A stretch of DNA of 64,000 nt. Source: Octopus sinensis (taxonomy: Eukaryota). Location: the NCBI RefSeq assembly GCF_006345805.1, contig NC_042998.1, positions 175,832,001 through 175,896,000 on the forward strand, given 5' to 3'. Positions within the stretch are counted from its first letter, which is position 1, and every line of letters begins with the position of its first letter. A program made the translations under genes and the position numbers. This document shows, piece after piece, positions 25,867 to 38,876 of the stretch. The notes below the pieces were generated by a model. The model searched no databases. It had not been told where the DNA came from and saw only the letters and a list, made by a program, of their open reading frames with translations.

Positions 25867-27099
25867 CTGGAATAAAATACAAGGGAGATAACAGTGGGTT
25901 GACCTAAGAATAAAAACTTCTTTTGATTAGGTGCAAAGTTGAGCTGGAGTCAATTGAAATGGAATAGTTTATTACTCTATTGATATCTATGAAATACAAA
26001 ACTAGATGCATTACAATGAAGTAGTCGATTTAGTACTCTGCTGTCTTAGCTACAGCAATTGTATGAATAAAACCAAAAACGAAGCATTATGTGAATATAA
26101 CCAATATATTAATCAAATAAATGTATAATGAAATAAATTTAGTTATATATTATTCTGGAAAGGGATGTTATTATACTTTTGTTTTATTAGCAAATAGTTT
26201 GGGAGTTTGAAGTGATAAAAGAATAACTGAAGTTATTTGTGAAAAGTGTAACTGAATCCATATTTTTATTGGATAAAAATTAAACCATTTTTCTACTCTT
26301 ATTTTATTCTGAGGCATCCTATGACTATTCCTCCTCCTCCTCAACCCTTGGACATTAGTATCTCCAGTCCCAGGAATCATAGGGCCAGTTACCTGGTTTA
26401 TATGGTATATATGAGGGACTCCTGAAAAGTTCCTGATTTTGGATAAAAGAAAATACCGGAGGATCAGTTAATTATAATTTCATTCGACATATCCCCCTCT
26501 CAGATTCGCACATTTATTGCAGCTGTCCTTCAGTTTTTCTAAGCCCTGTAAAAAAACTCAGAAGGTTAGATTTCTAATCAGACCTTTCCCAATGCCCTTA
26601 AAGCCAGGAACTTTACAGCACCCCATTGTGAATAACCAAGATCAAAACATTCCCCCTGCACAGGATGCCAGTCTGTCACAGGGTTATTTATTTACAGCTG
26701 AGTGGACTGGAGCAATGTGAAATGAAGTTGTTTGGCTCAAGAACACAACACACAGCCCAGTGGGGTACCTCAAATTTTCTATAAGTGCAAAATAGAACAA
26801 TTTCAAGTATGCTCGGAATGCTGACATGGTGGTATGCATGCTATAGCACAGATATTCTTTTACTTGTTTCATTCAATCTGACTGTGGCAAAGCTGATGGG
26901 TAGTATTGACAACTCCAACCAGTATTGGGCATACTACCCAGTTGGATGACCTGGAAAGAAATGGCGGAGGTACATTTTGTGGTTTTTTGTGAATTTAGCT
27001 ATTGTTAATTCATATATTGTTTATGTAAAAAGCCACTAGGTACCTCCATTACCAAAGGACTATGATTATATGAAATTTTGGGTTGAGATTGCATCTCAG

Positions 27100-27100
27100 T

Positions 27101-27135
<35 letters not shown>

Positions 27136-27608
27136 AATTATTGTATACAGTGCTCAGGTGCACCACAATTTGTCAAAAGTGCGTATAAAGCATATGCAGT
27201 AATGTATAAATGTCTGGGAAGTGAACAGTGTATGAGTCAGATACATGCTTATGTGTGTATGGAGGGGAGAAAATCAGGTGTAGTGTTGGTGAATTTCAGG
27301 AAGCATGGAGGTTTTGAAGGATCCAACAACTAACAACTGATGCCGGCAGTTTGTTCCATACTTCAGCAACTCTTAGTGTGAAAAAATGTTTCCGAAAGTC
27401 ATGGGAGCTGTGCTGTTTTCTGACTTTGTAAGCATGTCCACGGGTGTTAGACAGTTTGAAAAGGTGCTCAGAGTTATTGTTAGTAAGATGGTTAATAATT
27501 TTATGGGTGTCTGCAAAGTCAGCTGCCAGACGTCGGAGTTTCAATGCATCCATGCCCAAGGAAGTAAGGCGTTCAGAATATGGCAAATGCCTGATGAATG
27601 GAGGGTAA
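27100..27608 (-). mobile_element. CR1-like LINE 3' end, longer copy
   Basis: LPYSERLTSLG..LKLRRL..D...TRGHAYK...RKHFFTLRVAEVWNKLP; (ATT)n tail. Confidence 0.85.
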
Positions 27609-28387
27609 AAGCCCTTATGTAAGGGCTTTTCTTCAGGAAAGTACAGAATTGGGAGAAAAGCAAAATTAACTGAGATGGATGTCAACAGAGAAAATATCAA
27701 CTTCCAATAGATTGCAATGAAATTAAGAAAGGTAGTGTTGATAATACATATTTTACAAATCTTTTGACACATGAACATAAGAAAAGATAATAAAGTATAA
27801 TGTCACTATATGTCATAAGATTGAAGAATATAATTACATGTGTTATTTGGGTAGATTTTGAGATAATTTATTCAGTAGATATTCATACTGATAAAGTTGA
27901 ACTCTTTAGTTCACCTTTATCACATCTGAGATTAAGCATCTTATATCAACAATACAAGCCATAAAACGACCATTTGACTAGTGGATATTATTTGATATTT
28001 TAATAATTTACTTCTAATTCTCCATATTATAAAAAGTGGAGTGTTTATTAACAGAGTAACAGAGTAACAGACTGTCCTTCATATCATTATCTTGCCATCT
28101 TTGAAACAGGATTTAACCATTTTGATGCCAACCTGCTTGAGATTGTCTCTGATTCTGTTTTTAAACTCTTTGCATTTAAATTAAAACTTTTTATCATAAT
28201 TTTATATAAGAATCTTTTATTAAACTATGTTCCAAAAGCCAGTTTAATTATAATAATAAAAATGTTAATTTACTAAATCAATCCTAATTCTTAATTATTT
28301 TCAAAATACAGTCACAAAAGGGTTGAACAACTTATCAGTCATACAAACTGGGGCAAATTGACTTATGCATTTCAATTTATGACTTAA

Positions 28388-28775
28388 CTAGCAGTATCGC
28401 CCGGCGTTGCTTGGGTTTGTAAGGGAAATAACTATAAAGCATTTTTAGAGAGTTATAGCCAAAAAATAGCAAAAAAATGGAAAAAAAATTATGGTAAATT
28501 TTATTTTGAGTTAAAAAGGTCGAGTTGCGTCCCCTAGACAGTCTGTGGTTTGAGTTTCTGATTCTCGACCCCATTTCGAATTTATCGTTTTTTTTCAGAA
28601 CTGGGGAAATTTTCAAAATTTTCGCTGCGTTAGTTTTGAATTATGACATTGGGCTATGTGTGTGTCAAGTTTCATCAGAATCGGTTGAAAGCCGTGGTCA
28701 GGGTGAGGGTACAACCTGACAGACACACAGACATGCAGACACACAGACAGACAAACTGCCGTTTATATAGAGAGA
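28388..28775 (-). mobile_element. Complete non-autonomous Helitron
   Basis: A|TCTCTCTATATAAA 5' end, (GTCT)n subterminal repeat, CCCAAGCAACGCCGGG hairpin, CTAG|T 3' end; no TSD. Confidence 0.85.
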
Positions 28776-28969
28776 TATGAATAGTAATGCAGTACCCTAA
28801 ACTCATAGTAATCGTGTCTTATACATTACTACAGATAGGAATATCTATTGGAAGATCAGAAAATTCATGGTATGTTTCTGCAGTTGACACTGGAAGGTAT
28901 CAATATTCATCTGAGAAAGAACTAGATGTAAAAATCAAACAAAGATTAAGAATAATAAAAAAGCAATAC

Positions 28970-29111
28970 CTTGTTTGTGAAAATATCTGCACCTTGGTCT
29001 GTGGCACAATTAGCAATTGCCTGAGAGACTGAACCCATACCACCTTGGACATAACCCCAAGCACCCTTCACACCTTCCAGCTGACCCATCACATGATGCA
29101 ACAATACATAT
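28970..29111 (-). CDS. PYROXD2: PYROXD2-like exon 9
   Basis: [47 protein letters not shown]; 142 nt. Confidence 0.95.
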
Positions 29112-29265
29112 CTGTAACAATAAATACATTTTATATATCAACACAAAAAGACTTTTGCATTTCATGTCGTATCTAATTATATTTCTGAAGAAAGTATATA
29201 TTCCTTTTAAAGACAAATAAGTCTTAATGGCTCTGTTAACCTTGATGGTTCAACACTGTAAACAG

Positions 29266-29470
29266 CCGTCCAAGAATTTGGACCTGGAGATCTCCATTTC
29301 CAGCGAGTTCGAGGGCCACCTCCCAGTGGTGTCAGGCGTCAACGAAGAGCCCTCGACTACAACAAGACGACCAAAGTTTTTTTTTTCCTTCAAGGTCTGG
29401 GGTTTCCCGCCACAAAGCCCTAGACTATCACCTAATCACCCATACCCATTTTGTTGCTTAACAACAACAA
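29266..29470 (+). mobile_element. Short retroposed insert with (CAA)n tail and 15-nt TSD
   Basis: CAACACTGTAAACAG at 29251-29265 and 29471-29485. Confidence 0.85.
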
Positions 29471-29934
29471 CAACACTGTAAACAGTAAGAACATATGTAT
29501 GATTGACGAGAGTCTTGTTGCCTACTAGCGATGCATATGTCAAATTTAGCCACGAGTCAACCTTAGAACAAACTAGTAGTTTATATGAAGGAAGAAATAC
29601 TTTGCAATTGCTTAAAGCCATAAAAGAGATCAACTTCAATGCACAATCACATTTTCTAATAGCAGTAATGTAAGAAGAAGGAGATTGTTTTTACCATTTA
29701 AAAATGTCATATTGACCAAAAACGCCTCAGCAGACGAAAATGAATTATATAAAAAATTGTTTTGATGTATCTAAATCTGTTGTCAAAATTTTCTCTGTAA
29801 CTAGACAAAAAGATTATTCTGATTGTTGTGCGAATATTGAAAATGTAAGCCACTTGGCTACCGAATGGCATAGAAATGTAAACAGAGTGTAAAGTCTGTT
29901 GTTGTAATAACAGGCAAGATAGATTACTCTACCT

Positions 29935-30358
29935 TCTTTACTCTCTTTTTACTCTTTTACTTGTTTCAGTCATTTGACTGTGGCCATGATGGAGCACCGC
30001 CTTTAGTTGAGCAAATCGACCCCAGGACTTATTCTTTGTAAGCCGAGTACTTATTCTATTGATCTCTTTTGCCGAACTGCTAAGTTACAAGGACACAAAC
30101 GCACCAGCATCGGTTGTCAAGCAACGTTGGCAGAGACAAACACAGACACACAAACATATACATACACATACACTCACACATATATATACATATATATGAT
30201 GGGCTTCTTTCAGTTTCTGTCTACCAAATCCACTCACAAGACTTTGGTCGACCCAAGGCTATAGTAGAAGACACTTGCCCAAGGTACCACGCAGTGGGAC
30301 TGAACCTGGAACCATGTGGTTGGTAAGCAAGCTACTTACCACATAGCCAACTCCTACG
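29935..30358 (-). mobile_element. SINE family 2, full-length copy
   Basis: tRNA-like head, CORE-like segment, tail GGCGGTGCTCCATCATGGCCACAGTCAAATGACTGAAACAAG(TAAAAGAG)n. Confidence 0.85.
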
Positions 30359-30624
30359 TTTAGTGAATTTAAATGAAAGACTGACTTCGCAGTTCAGAGA
30401 AATATTTCAATAAGTGTTTAAAACGATATGGCTATTGATTTCTATGAGCTATTTTGAATTGAGCATCTCCAGGTCAGTAGGACAAAACTTTAATTAATCA
30501 ACCACTACATTTCTGGAATGTAGGAATGGGCATTTAACAACTAGTGATGGAATCTTTATGTAGCTACACAACATGTTGCTGTAATTGTCAAACCTCTTTT
30601 TCCTTACACCACTTTAACTAACTG

Positions 30625-30930
30625 GTACTCCATCGGTTATGATGATGGGTATTCCAGTTGATCCGCTCAATGAAATTAACATGCAAATGACTGAGTACTC
30701 CACAGACACGTGTACCCTTAACATATTTCTCAGGGAGATTCAACATGACACAGAGTGTGACAAGGCTGGTTTCTTGGATTACAGGTAAAACTATGTTTTT
30801 CCGGATGAGTGGATTGGAACAGCATGAAATAAAGTGTCTTGCTCAAGGACACAGTGCACGATTAGGAATCGAACACACGACCTTACGATTGTGAGCAAAT
30901 AACCCAACCACTAAGCCATGTGCCTTCACA
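30625..30930 (-). mobile_element. SINE with a different head and family-3 tail
   Basis: TGGCTTAGTGG / TGTTCGATTCC boxes, GTCCTTGAGCAAGACACTT segment, tail as in 19225-19410. Confidence 0.7.
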
Positions 30931-31815
30931 AGTAAGCCACATTATTTAAGAAAGGAAACACAAATTGCAGTCCAGTACACATTCCTCTGAAACCAAAGCA
31001 GAATGGATACAGCTTGAACATTGATTAAAAAATAAATTGTAATATATGTGTAACGGTAATAATTTGTTGTTATAATTGCATGTTGTAGGATGTGAAAGAT
31101 GAACAATGCTTGAAGTTTTAAGGAAATATTTATTTACCGTTACGTTACAAATACCTTGCCTTGACGAGCAGGTTGTGATAAATCCAAAAGTATGCGAAGT
31201 AAAGTTTGTGTTTGTGTCCTCTTCATTGTTTAGTAGTAGTAATTACAGAGAGAGATAGAATGATGTTGTAAGAGAACAGAATCAGAGCTAATGAGAATTG
31301 TAGGGTGTGGGACGTTGCCTCACAGTTACTGACAATAAACTTCATTTCTCCCCCAGACCAAGGTTCTAGCTGGTCAGCCAGACTTCATTGAGTCGTCACC
31401 GACTGTGACTAACTGATTTTGGGGTGTGCTTGCTTATATAACTATCCAGAAGGATAGATATTTCATTGAGAACAATAGATTTAGTTGGTGGTCGTGTTAT
31501 CTCTATTCTAGCTTTTGGTGAAGTAGAAGAGGTTAGAAAGGGTCAAGTGATGAAGACATTATTTCGGCTTAGCTAAAGGCATCTGGAAAATGTAAAACTG
31601 CTGTCAGAGAAAAACCATTATTCCACCATGGGAAAAGTTCTGTCACAGCATTAATTTAAATTTGGCTATGGTGGATCAAATCCACTTCATGCATGCAAGA
31701 TTCACTACATGCTCCTGGAGGTTAAAAACGGTAGTAATGTTGGTTCCTACTACCTTTGGTTTTGTTGAATAGAAATAACTAATGATGATAGGAATAAATG
31801 AAGCTATTGACTTAC

Positions 31816-31913
31816 CCACTACCTGAATGATGAGGACTGGTCATTGATCCAATCACAGCATCAGTTGCCAAACTGGCTTTCAGGGGTTCTGATTCAAACC
31901 ATTTATTCAAAAC
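31816..31913 (-). CDS. PYROXD2: PYROXD2-like exon 8
   Basis: [32 protein letters not shown](G); 98 nt. Confidence 0.95.
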
Positions 31914-33768
31914 CTGAAAGTATCAACGTCATCAAATAGTCGTGAGGCTGGTTTAAGAAGGAATGGTACAAGAAGATCAAGGCAGACCTAGTAATTTTAA
32001 TTCACATAAAAACCTGAACTAGATAAATTAGGAGTAATTAAATAGAAATAAGTTAAGTCGTATATAGTAAACAGAGATTGTAGAACAAATATATAAAGTA
32101 GAATTGATACAATAAGTTTGGGGCTGGGGATTATATTTCTTTATTACCCACAAGGGGCTAAACATAGAGGAGACAAACAAGGACAGATAAGTGGATTAAG
32201 TCGATTACATCGACCCCAGTGAGTAACTGGTACTTAATTTAACGACCCTGAAAGGATGAAAGGCAAAGTCAACCTCAGCGGAATTTGAACTCAGAACATA
32301 ATGGCAGGTGAAATACAACTAAGCATTTTGTCTGGTGTGCTAACATTTCTGCTAGCTTGCCGCCTTTGGGACTGAGTATTAATGATAGCTAGGGTAGTGT
32401 TAAGTCAAGGTGTACCCCAGAGTAAAGAAGTCAGAATACACATTTGGAAATTGACAAAAAGAAAAAAGATCACTGTTGATCGCTGATGAGAGGATTATTC
32501 ATCTGTGACTAACAATATGGCTTCTGTGGAATCATATCTATCTGAGACTTCTTTCCCTGTCACACACCAGGAGGCTCTTCTCATTCAGAACTTAGGTGAA
32601 ATTTGCCAAAAAACATCGACACAGTCTGACATCAGCTCCTCCAAAGTTTCTGACAAATGGGTCTATCAGAAACATTACATCATCACAGTTTATACTGAGG
32701 ATCTCTCTAGCTCACATTCATTTAACACTGGTAACGTAATTCCTTTTGTGAAATTATTTCCTCCTACTTCTTACAAATCTCTACCCAATGGTATAATTTT
32801 CTATTTCCCTTTAACTTTCTGTCCAGGATTTAAGCACACCATGAAAGATATTCAATATTTCCATAAATAGAAGTCATCATCATCATCATCATCTTCGTCT
32901 AACATCTGCTTTCCATGCTAGCATGGGTTGGACAATTTGACTGAGGGCTGGCAAACCAGATGGCTGCACCAGGCTCCAATCTTAATCTGGCAGAGTTTCT
33001 ACAGCTGGATGCCCTTCCTAACGCCAACCACTCTGAGAGTGTAGTGGGTGCTTAGATATTTTCTAGCAGGCAGAGACTCGCAACCTAATTTCCTACAGCT
33101 GACTTAAAACACTCACTCACATGTCAAGAAAACACTCTTGCAACATTGCACCACCTAACTTTAAACAACACACAACTAAAACTCTCAAAGTTGCAACAAA
33201 TGTAACACATTGTTGTCTCTGGTAATTTACTATGGTAACCACATATACAACATTATTAAATCAACATCCTAAAGACTATGACACATCTTCAGAGCTAAGA
33301 TGCACTTTAGCTCTGATCAGTAGCTAATCTTCTACAAAGCACAAACAAGACTCCAATGTTTACATATTGAGAATGGGGCTGTTCCACACAATACAACATT
33401 CTAGAACATATATAAAAGAAGGTCATTTGATCGACTGCAGAAAACTAATTTACAATCAGACATGTTTTTCTATCCACATCCTCTGCCACTATTTCAATAG
33501 TTTCTCCCCTTCTTAATTAACAAGCTTCATACCACCATTGCCTAATCCACTGAATGCATCAATTCTTCTTCTCTCGTTCACCATTCTGTGTATCCCAATC
33601 TTCCCCATAAACACTTTTACTAGTTATTCCTCCCAAGAACTGCAGACCCCTGAGAACGTTTTCTCAATCCATTGTTTTTCTACGGGCATTAACCTACACA
33701 AGTTGAAACTGAACATCAGTTGTATATATTTCTCCAGTCTAGTGGATATTTATGAGGACCATTGGTAC

Positions 33769-33806
<38 letters not shown>

Positions 33807-33931
33807 AAAAAGAGACAATCACATTTTTTCAAACATGATAGAATCAGTGTGGACAGCCCTCTTGGTTCTCAACATTTTCCAGACAGAAAATTTGTTGGAC
33901 AAAAGAAAACAAGACATTGAGTGAAACTAAC

Positions 33932-33993
33932 CTTGGAAGCAGGGGCTGTCATTAACTCGAGAAGTGCTGTTTTATCATGTTTCAGTTGTTTTA
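33932..33993 (-). CDS. PYROXD2: PYROXD2-like exon 7
   Basis: (I)KQLKHDKTALLELMTAPASK; 62 nt, phases fit exons 6 and 8. Confidence 0.9.
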
Positions 33994-34232
33994 CTAAAAA
34001 TAGAACAAAATGTTGACATTTCAAAAGAGAAAATATTTAGTGTAATTGGTTAAAATAAAAAAATTATTTGTTTGTGGTTGTGTGTAAGAGGATTGCTTCC
34101 TAACCATAAGTTTCTGGGTTCAGTCCCACTATGAGGCACCTTGAGTAAGTGTATTCTATTTTGGCCCCAAGCCAACTAAAGCCTTGTGAATGGATTTGGG
34201 AAATGGAAACTGAAAGAAGCCCCTTGTATATT

Positions 34233-34765
34233 ATCATCATCATCGTTTAATGTCCACTTTCCATGCTAGCATGGGTTGGACAATTTGACTGAGGACTGGC
34301 AAACAAGATGGCTGCACCAGGCTCCAATCTGATCTGGCAGAGTTTCTACAGCTGGATGCCCTTCCTAACGCCAACCACTCCGAGAGTGTAGTGGGTGCTT
34401 CTACATGCCCCCGGCACGAGGGCCAGTCTGGCGGTACTGGCAACGGCCACACTCGAAATGGTGTTTTTACGTGCCACCTGCACAGGAGTCAGTCCAGCGG
34501 CACTGGCAACGACCTCATTCGAATGTTTTTTCACGTGCCACCGGCACAAGTGCCAGTAAGGCGACGCTGGTAATGATCACGCTCAAATGGTGCTTTTTAC
34601 ATGCCACCGGCACAGAAGCCAGACAGCCGCTCTGGCAGTGATCCCGCTTGGATGGAGCTGTTAGCGCTCCACTAGCATGGGTGCTTGTCATCAAATTTGG
34701 TTCAATTTCGATTTCACTTGCCCCAACAGGTCTTCGCAAGCAGAATTTAGTGTCCAATGAAGGGA
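34233..34765 (-). mobile_element. RTE LINE 3' UTR with subrepeat array (shorter copy at 32874-33052)
   Basis: Family sequence and tail. Confidence 0.82.
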
Positions 34766-34980
34766 GGTTTACATCAACTTATCTCCTCTGAAATTGCTGG
34801 CCTTGTGCTAAAATTTGAAATCAACTTAAAACAATGTTTTATTGTAAGTAGCTTCGAGTTTTGGGCCTTGCATTTCTGAACTGAAATGGTATTTGAATTC
34901 ATGTCAGTATTTGTTTCTAAGTTAGAAATTATTATTAAACCCACTCTTATGATATCTGTCTGTCTGTCTGTCTCTCTCTC

Positions 34981-35013
<33 letters not shown>

Positions 35014-35079
35014 ATGTGTGTATTTAGCATTCTTCTCTACAAAAGTGAAGTGACTAATAACAACAAAGGTATTTTGATC

Positions 35080-35223
35080 ATTATTTACATTATTTACATT
35101 TGACGGATATTTGTCCTCATCTTGTTTGTTGTTAACACATTTCGGTTGATATACCCACCAGCCTTTATCAGGTGTCTTGGTGAAACTTCAAACCTGGGTT
35201 CTCATTCCTAAGGTATTTTTCGA

Positions 35224-35254
<31 letters not shown>

Positions 35255-35733
35255 ATCTTACTACTTGGAATCAAACTTGGAATCTTGGGGTTAGAAGCTT
35301 GCGCTCTTAACCACTATGCCATATCTGTCAAATGTAAATAATGTAAATAATGTACATAATTCTTCATCTCTTAAATATAGAACTGAACAGTATTTTGAGT
35401 TGTTTATTGCAGATACTGCTTTTTATATTTGGATAGATCACTTTATCCTGCATACCTCAGTTTACTTAGAGCTGTTATTGATAGACTTTTATGACAAGGT
35501 TATGTGATAGAGTAGCATCTATCTAGATGAATACTATTTTCCTTGTTTTGAAACTTAAATGTATTGAGAAAATGGTTGGGCATAAGAACCCAGGTTCGAA
35601 ATTTCCCAAAGACACCTGATGAAGGCTGGAGGGTATATCAGCCGAAATGTGTTAACAACAAACAAGATGAGGACAAATATCCTTTAACTGTAAATAATGT
35701 ACATAATTCCTCATCTCTTAAATATAGAACTGT
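35080..35733. mobile_element. Inverted pair of Penelope pLTR-like repeats (family B) with hammerhead motifs
   Basis: Minus copy ~35080-35220 and plus copy ~35562-35733; GACAC CTGATGA A GGCTG-GAGGGTATAT-CAGCC GAAA at 35611-35647. Confidence 0.7.
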
Positions 35734-35864
35734 AAAGACAACTTTATCTGTTAATCTACCTGTGATTCCACTGCACCTCTTATGTGTCCATAGTTTCTTC
35801 CAACTTCTTTCCTACATATTGAGCAGGGCCATTTACCCGATGGAAAGAGAGTTTTATCTTCTTT

Positions 35865-36345
35865 CTTACTAACAACTTTGGTCTTTGCTAGGTTAACTTT
35901 AAGGCCCTTTTATTCCAGGTTTTGTTTCCATATCTGGAATTTCTTCTCCAATTCTGCTAAAGATTTTGCAATAAGAGCAAGGTCATCAGCATATAACAGT
36001 TCCTATGGGCACAGTTTTGAATTCCTCTGTTATGGCCTGAAGGACTATAATGAATAAGAGTGGGCTGAGAACTGAGCCCTGGTGACTCCCTACCTGTATG
36101 CTAAATTCATCACTGTATTCATGGCTAACTCTCACCTTACTGACAGCACCAATGTACATGGCTTGTACAGCTCTAACAAGCTACTCCTCAACTCCTAACT
36201 TCTTTAGAGACCACCATATAACAAAGCTGAGAACTCTGTTGAAAGCTTTCTCCAGGTTGACAAAGGCTTACTTTTGGCCAAGTACCTTTCCTGCAGCTGT
36301 CTTACTGCATCTGTGGTACTCTTTCCAGGTACAAAACCAAACTGC
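35865..36345 (-). mobile_element. Degenerate RTE reverse-transcriptase fragment
   Basis: FSIQVGSHQGSVLSPLLFIIVLQAITEEF...ELLYADDLAL, with stops and frameshifts. Confidence 0.8.
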
Positions 36346-36866
36346 ATCTCATCAATACATTAAAACTCTTGAAGATACTATCTTACCTTTTACCAGTAAA
36401 TAAAAAAAACCCAAATAAAACAAAAGGATTCTTATATTTTAAACCATTTTTTCATGTCATTGAAGCAGATATTGAACTGCCATATATCTTTCTTTCTTAA
36501 TAGAGAAACTGTAGATTATTGTGGAGGTGGTATAAACTTAAAGGGATATAGAAAACCAACACCATGGCTTATGATAAAAGGCGGGTAAAAAAAGACCCAT
36601 ATTAAATATTTAGAAACATAATATCAGAAATATTATCAAATTTGAGAGAATATCAGACAGAATAATTTGTGGTATATTGTCCCTTTAGATTCTGATTTCA
36701 AATTTAGTTGAGACCAGCTTAACCTTTTGTACTTCTGAAGCCAATGAAATAATATATCTCCCAAATACTAGTGTTGATATAATCAACTACCCCATTTGAG
36801 GATTTGCCCCAGCATGGCCACAGACTAATGAGTGAAACTAGTAAAAGAATAACACAGACAACTTAC

Positions 36867-37020
36867 TAGACTTTCCAAAAGAATTCAAGGATGACCATAA
36901 TTCTATGTATTTCTTAATCCCTCTTTCATTGAAAGTTGGTAAATGTAGAGCAGGATTATCTAACAAAGGATCCAGAGAATCCACAATTCTTTGTAATTGC
37001 TCTTCATATCTTTCAAATTT
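36867..37020 (-). CDS. PYROXD2: PYROXD2-like exon 6
   Basis: KFERYEEQLQRIVDSLDPLLDNPALHLPTFNERGIKKYIELWSSLNSFGKS; 154 nt. Confidence 0.92.
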
Positions 37021-37045
37021 CTGAAATATTTGTAAATAAATATAA

Positions 37046-37078
<33 letters not shown>

Positions 37079-37318
37079 GTGTGTGTGTGTGTGTGTGTGT
37101 GTGATCACAGTATTATACCTTTGTTAGAAATGTTTGTGAAATATTGTTTTGTAAATGTTGACTGGAATTGAAGATGAAAAATATCTTCATAATATAGGTG
37201 CAAAAATTTGAATGAAGATGCATTTTATGAACCCTCATTTAATAAACCTTCATTATTATATTACATAGATTTATAAAACATATTTGTGTTTACAATAAAT
37301 GAATTTATGATTCTTTAC

Positions 37319-37474
37319 CTCAGCATCAGATTGAGAGAACTGAGCAATTTGCAGTTTATTAAGGTGGCCATCTCGTCCCAGTGTGAGAGATTTAGCTTTA
37401 GGATTTGAACTATTTGGCTGCAACAATGGTGTGTAAGAACTTGGATTTCTTAGAAAGATCTTTAACCCATATTT
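37319..37474 (-). CDS. PYROXD2: PYROXD2-like exon 5
   Basis: KYGLKIFLRNPSSYTPLLQPNSSNPKAKSLTLGRDGHLNKLQIAQFSQSDAE; 156 nt. Confidence 0.93.
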
Positions 37475-38239
37475 CTGGAAAAAGAAATGAAAGAATAAAG
37501 TTATGTTTACATTAAAATTTGATGCTGTCTTCAGAAAACTTATGAATGTAGTTAAAAACCTCTTTATTTATACTCATACAGGATTGGTAAACTGTGGTTT
37601 TGAATACAGAGTGCAAAGAAGATTATGGACAAGATAATAGTTTCTTGGAAATAAACACCTTAATGTTTAAATAACTATACACTTTATTTATAAATATTGA
37701 AAGAAATGTAAAGTAAATTTAGAACAGGAGACCCGTTTTGTAAATATTGAACAGAATATGAAAATAACAACTCAGCACCAAGTGTTGCTACCTAAATTTT
37801 TGACATTATGTGATAGTGATACAGACTACCATTCTTAATTTCTTACATTCTCCTGTGGCTAGTATTTATCTGTGCTTGAATATGTGCTTACTATCTTCCT
37901 TCTTAGTTTCAAGTCACAGTGGTTTTGGCTGCTGTTACAACAATTAAATGGTAGCAGCTTAGCTTGACAGTTGATGTATGCAAATTGTATGTTATAATGC
38001 ATTGTAGTGTAGCTGATGAAATGAAAATTGGTAATTTATTTGCACTAGATAAAATTACACAATCATTATGTCATCTCTATTTGTGAGTATGCAGTGCAGA
38101 CATATGACATCAAAACATACACCTACCAAATCTAAATATATATATAAACTACATCAACATACCAGAACTAAACATACATAAACTACATATGCATGTATAT
38201 ATCTCTTATTATAATCTATATATATATATTGTATCAGAC

Positions 38240-38876
38240 TGCCTGAAGGGGAGCTAGGAGACAGGTTTATTTAGCCAGAGGGGAAGCAGATAAAAAAAAA
38301 TTTGCCAATGTTCTGTACCATGAGTACCAAAGACTTGACCTATTTTGTGTTGCAAGACTATGTGAGAGAGAATTGTGATGTCATGGATGATGGTTCATTT
38401 GCATTAAACGAGGCTGCAAAGAGAGAGGTTTGGAGATACCACTATGAAAGGTTACTAAATAAAGTGAATGAATGGGAAAAAGAGAGTCTGCTGAATGCCA
38501 ACCCAACAGAGGCACCAGCCATCCAAATTGACAATACCTTAGTAGATAAAGCAATTAAGGGTATGAAGACAGGGAAAGCCCCCAGCCCATCAGGAATCAT
38601 TTGCAGAGATGCTCGAAATATCTGGCGGTGTTGGCTATAGCCTAGTCACCCATATAGTCAACCAAGTGACACAAGAAGGAGTCATACCCAATGACTGGTG
38701 TAGCAGCATCATAGTCAACTGCTACAAAGGTAAAGGTGACACATTAGATACAAATAATTACAGAGGGATCAAGTTGTTGGATCAGGTAATGAAGGTCACA
38801 GAGAGGGTCATAGCCCAACTAATTAGGGAAAGAGTCAGCCTAGATGAGATGCAGTTTGGGTTCATGCCAGGGAAAT
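38240..38876 (+). mobile_element. RTE ORF internal fragment
   Basis: WRYHYERLLN, AIKGMKTGKAP, IPNDWCSSIIVNCYKGKGD..NYRGIKLL..QFGFMPG; frameshifted. Confidence 0.88.

Noticed and set aside
32505-32870. 121-aa ORF (also 33538-33924, 23784-24149, 57261-57614)
   Set aside because: No recognisable motifs, mostly non-ATG starts, AT-rich intronic or intergenic sequence.
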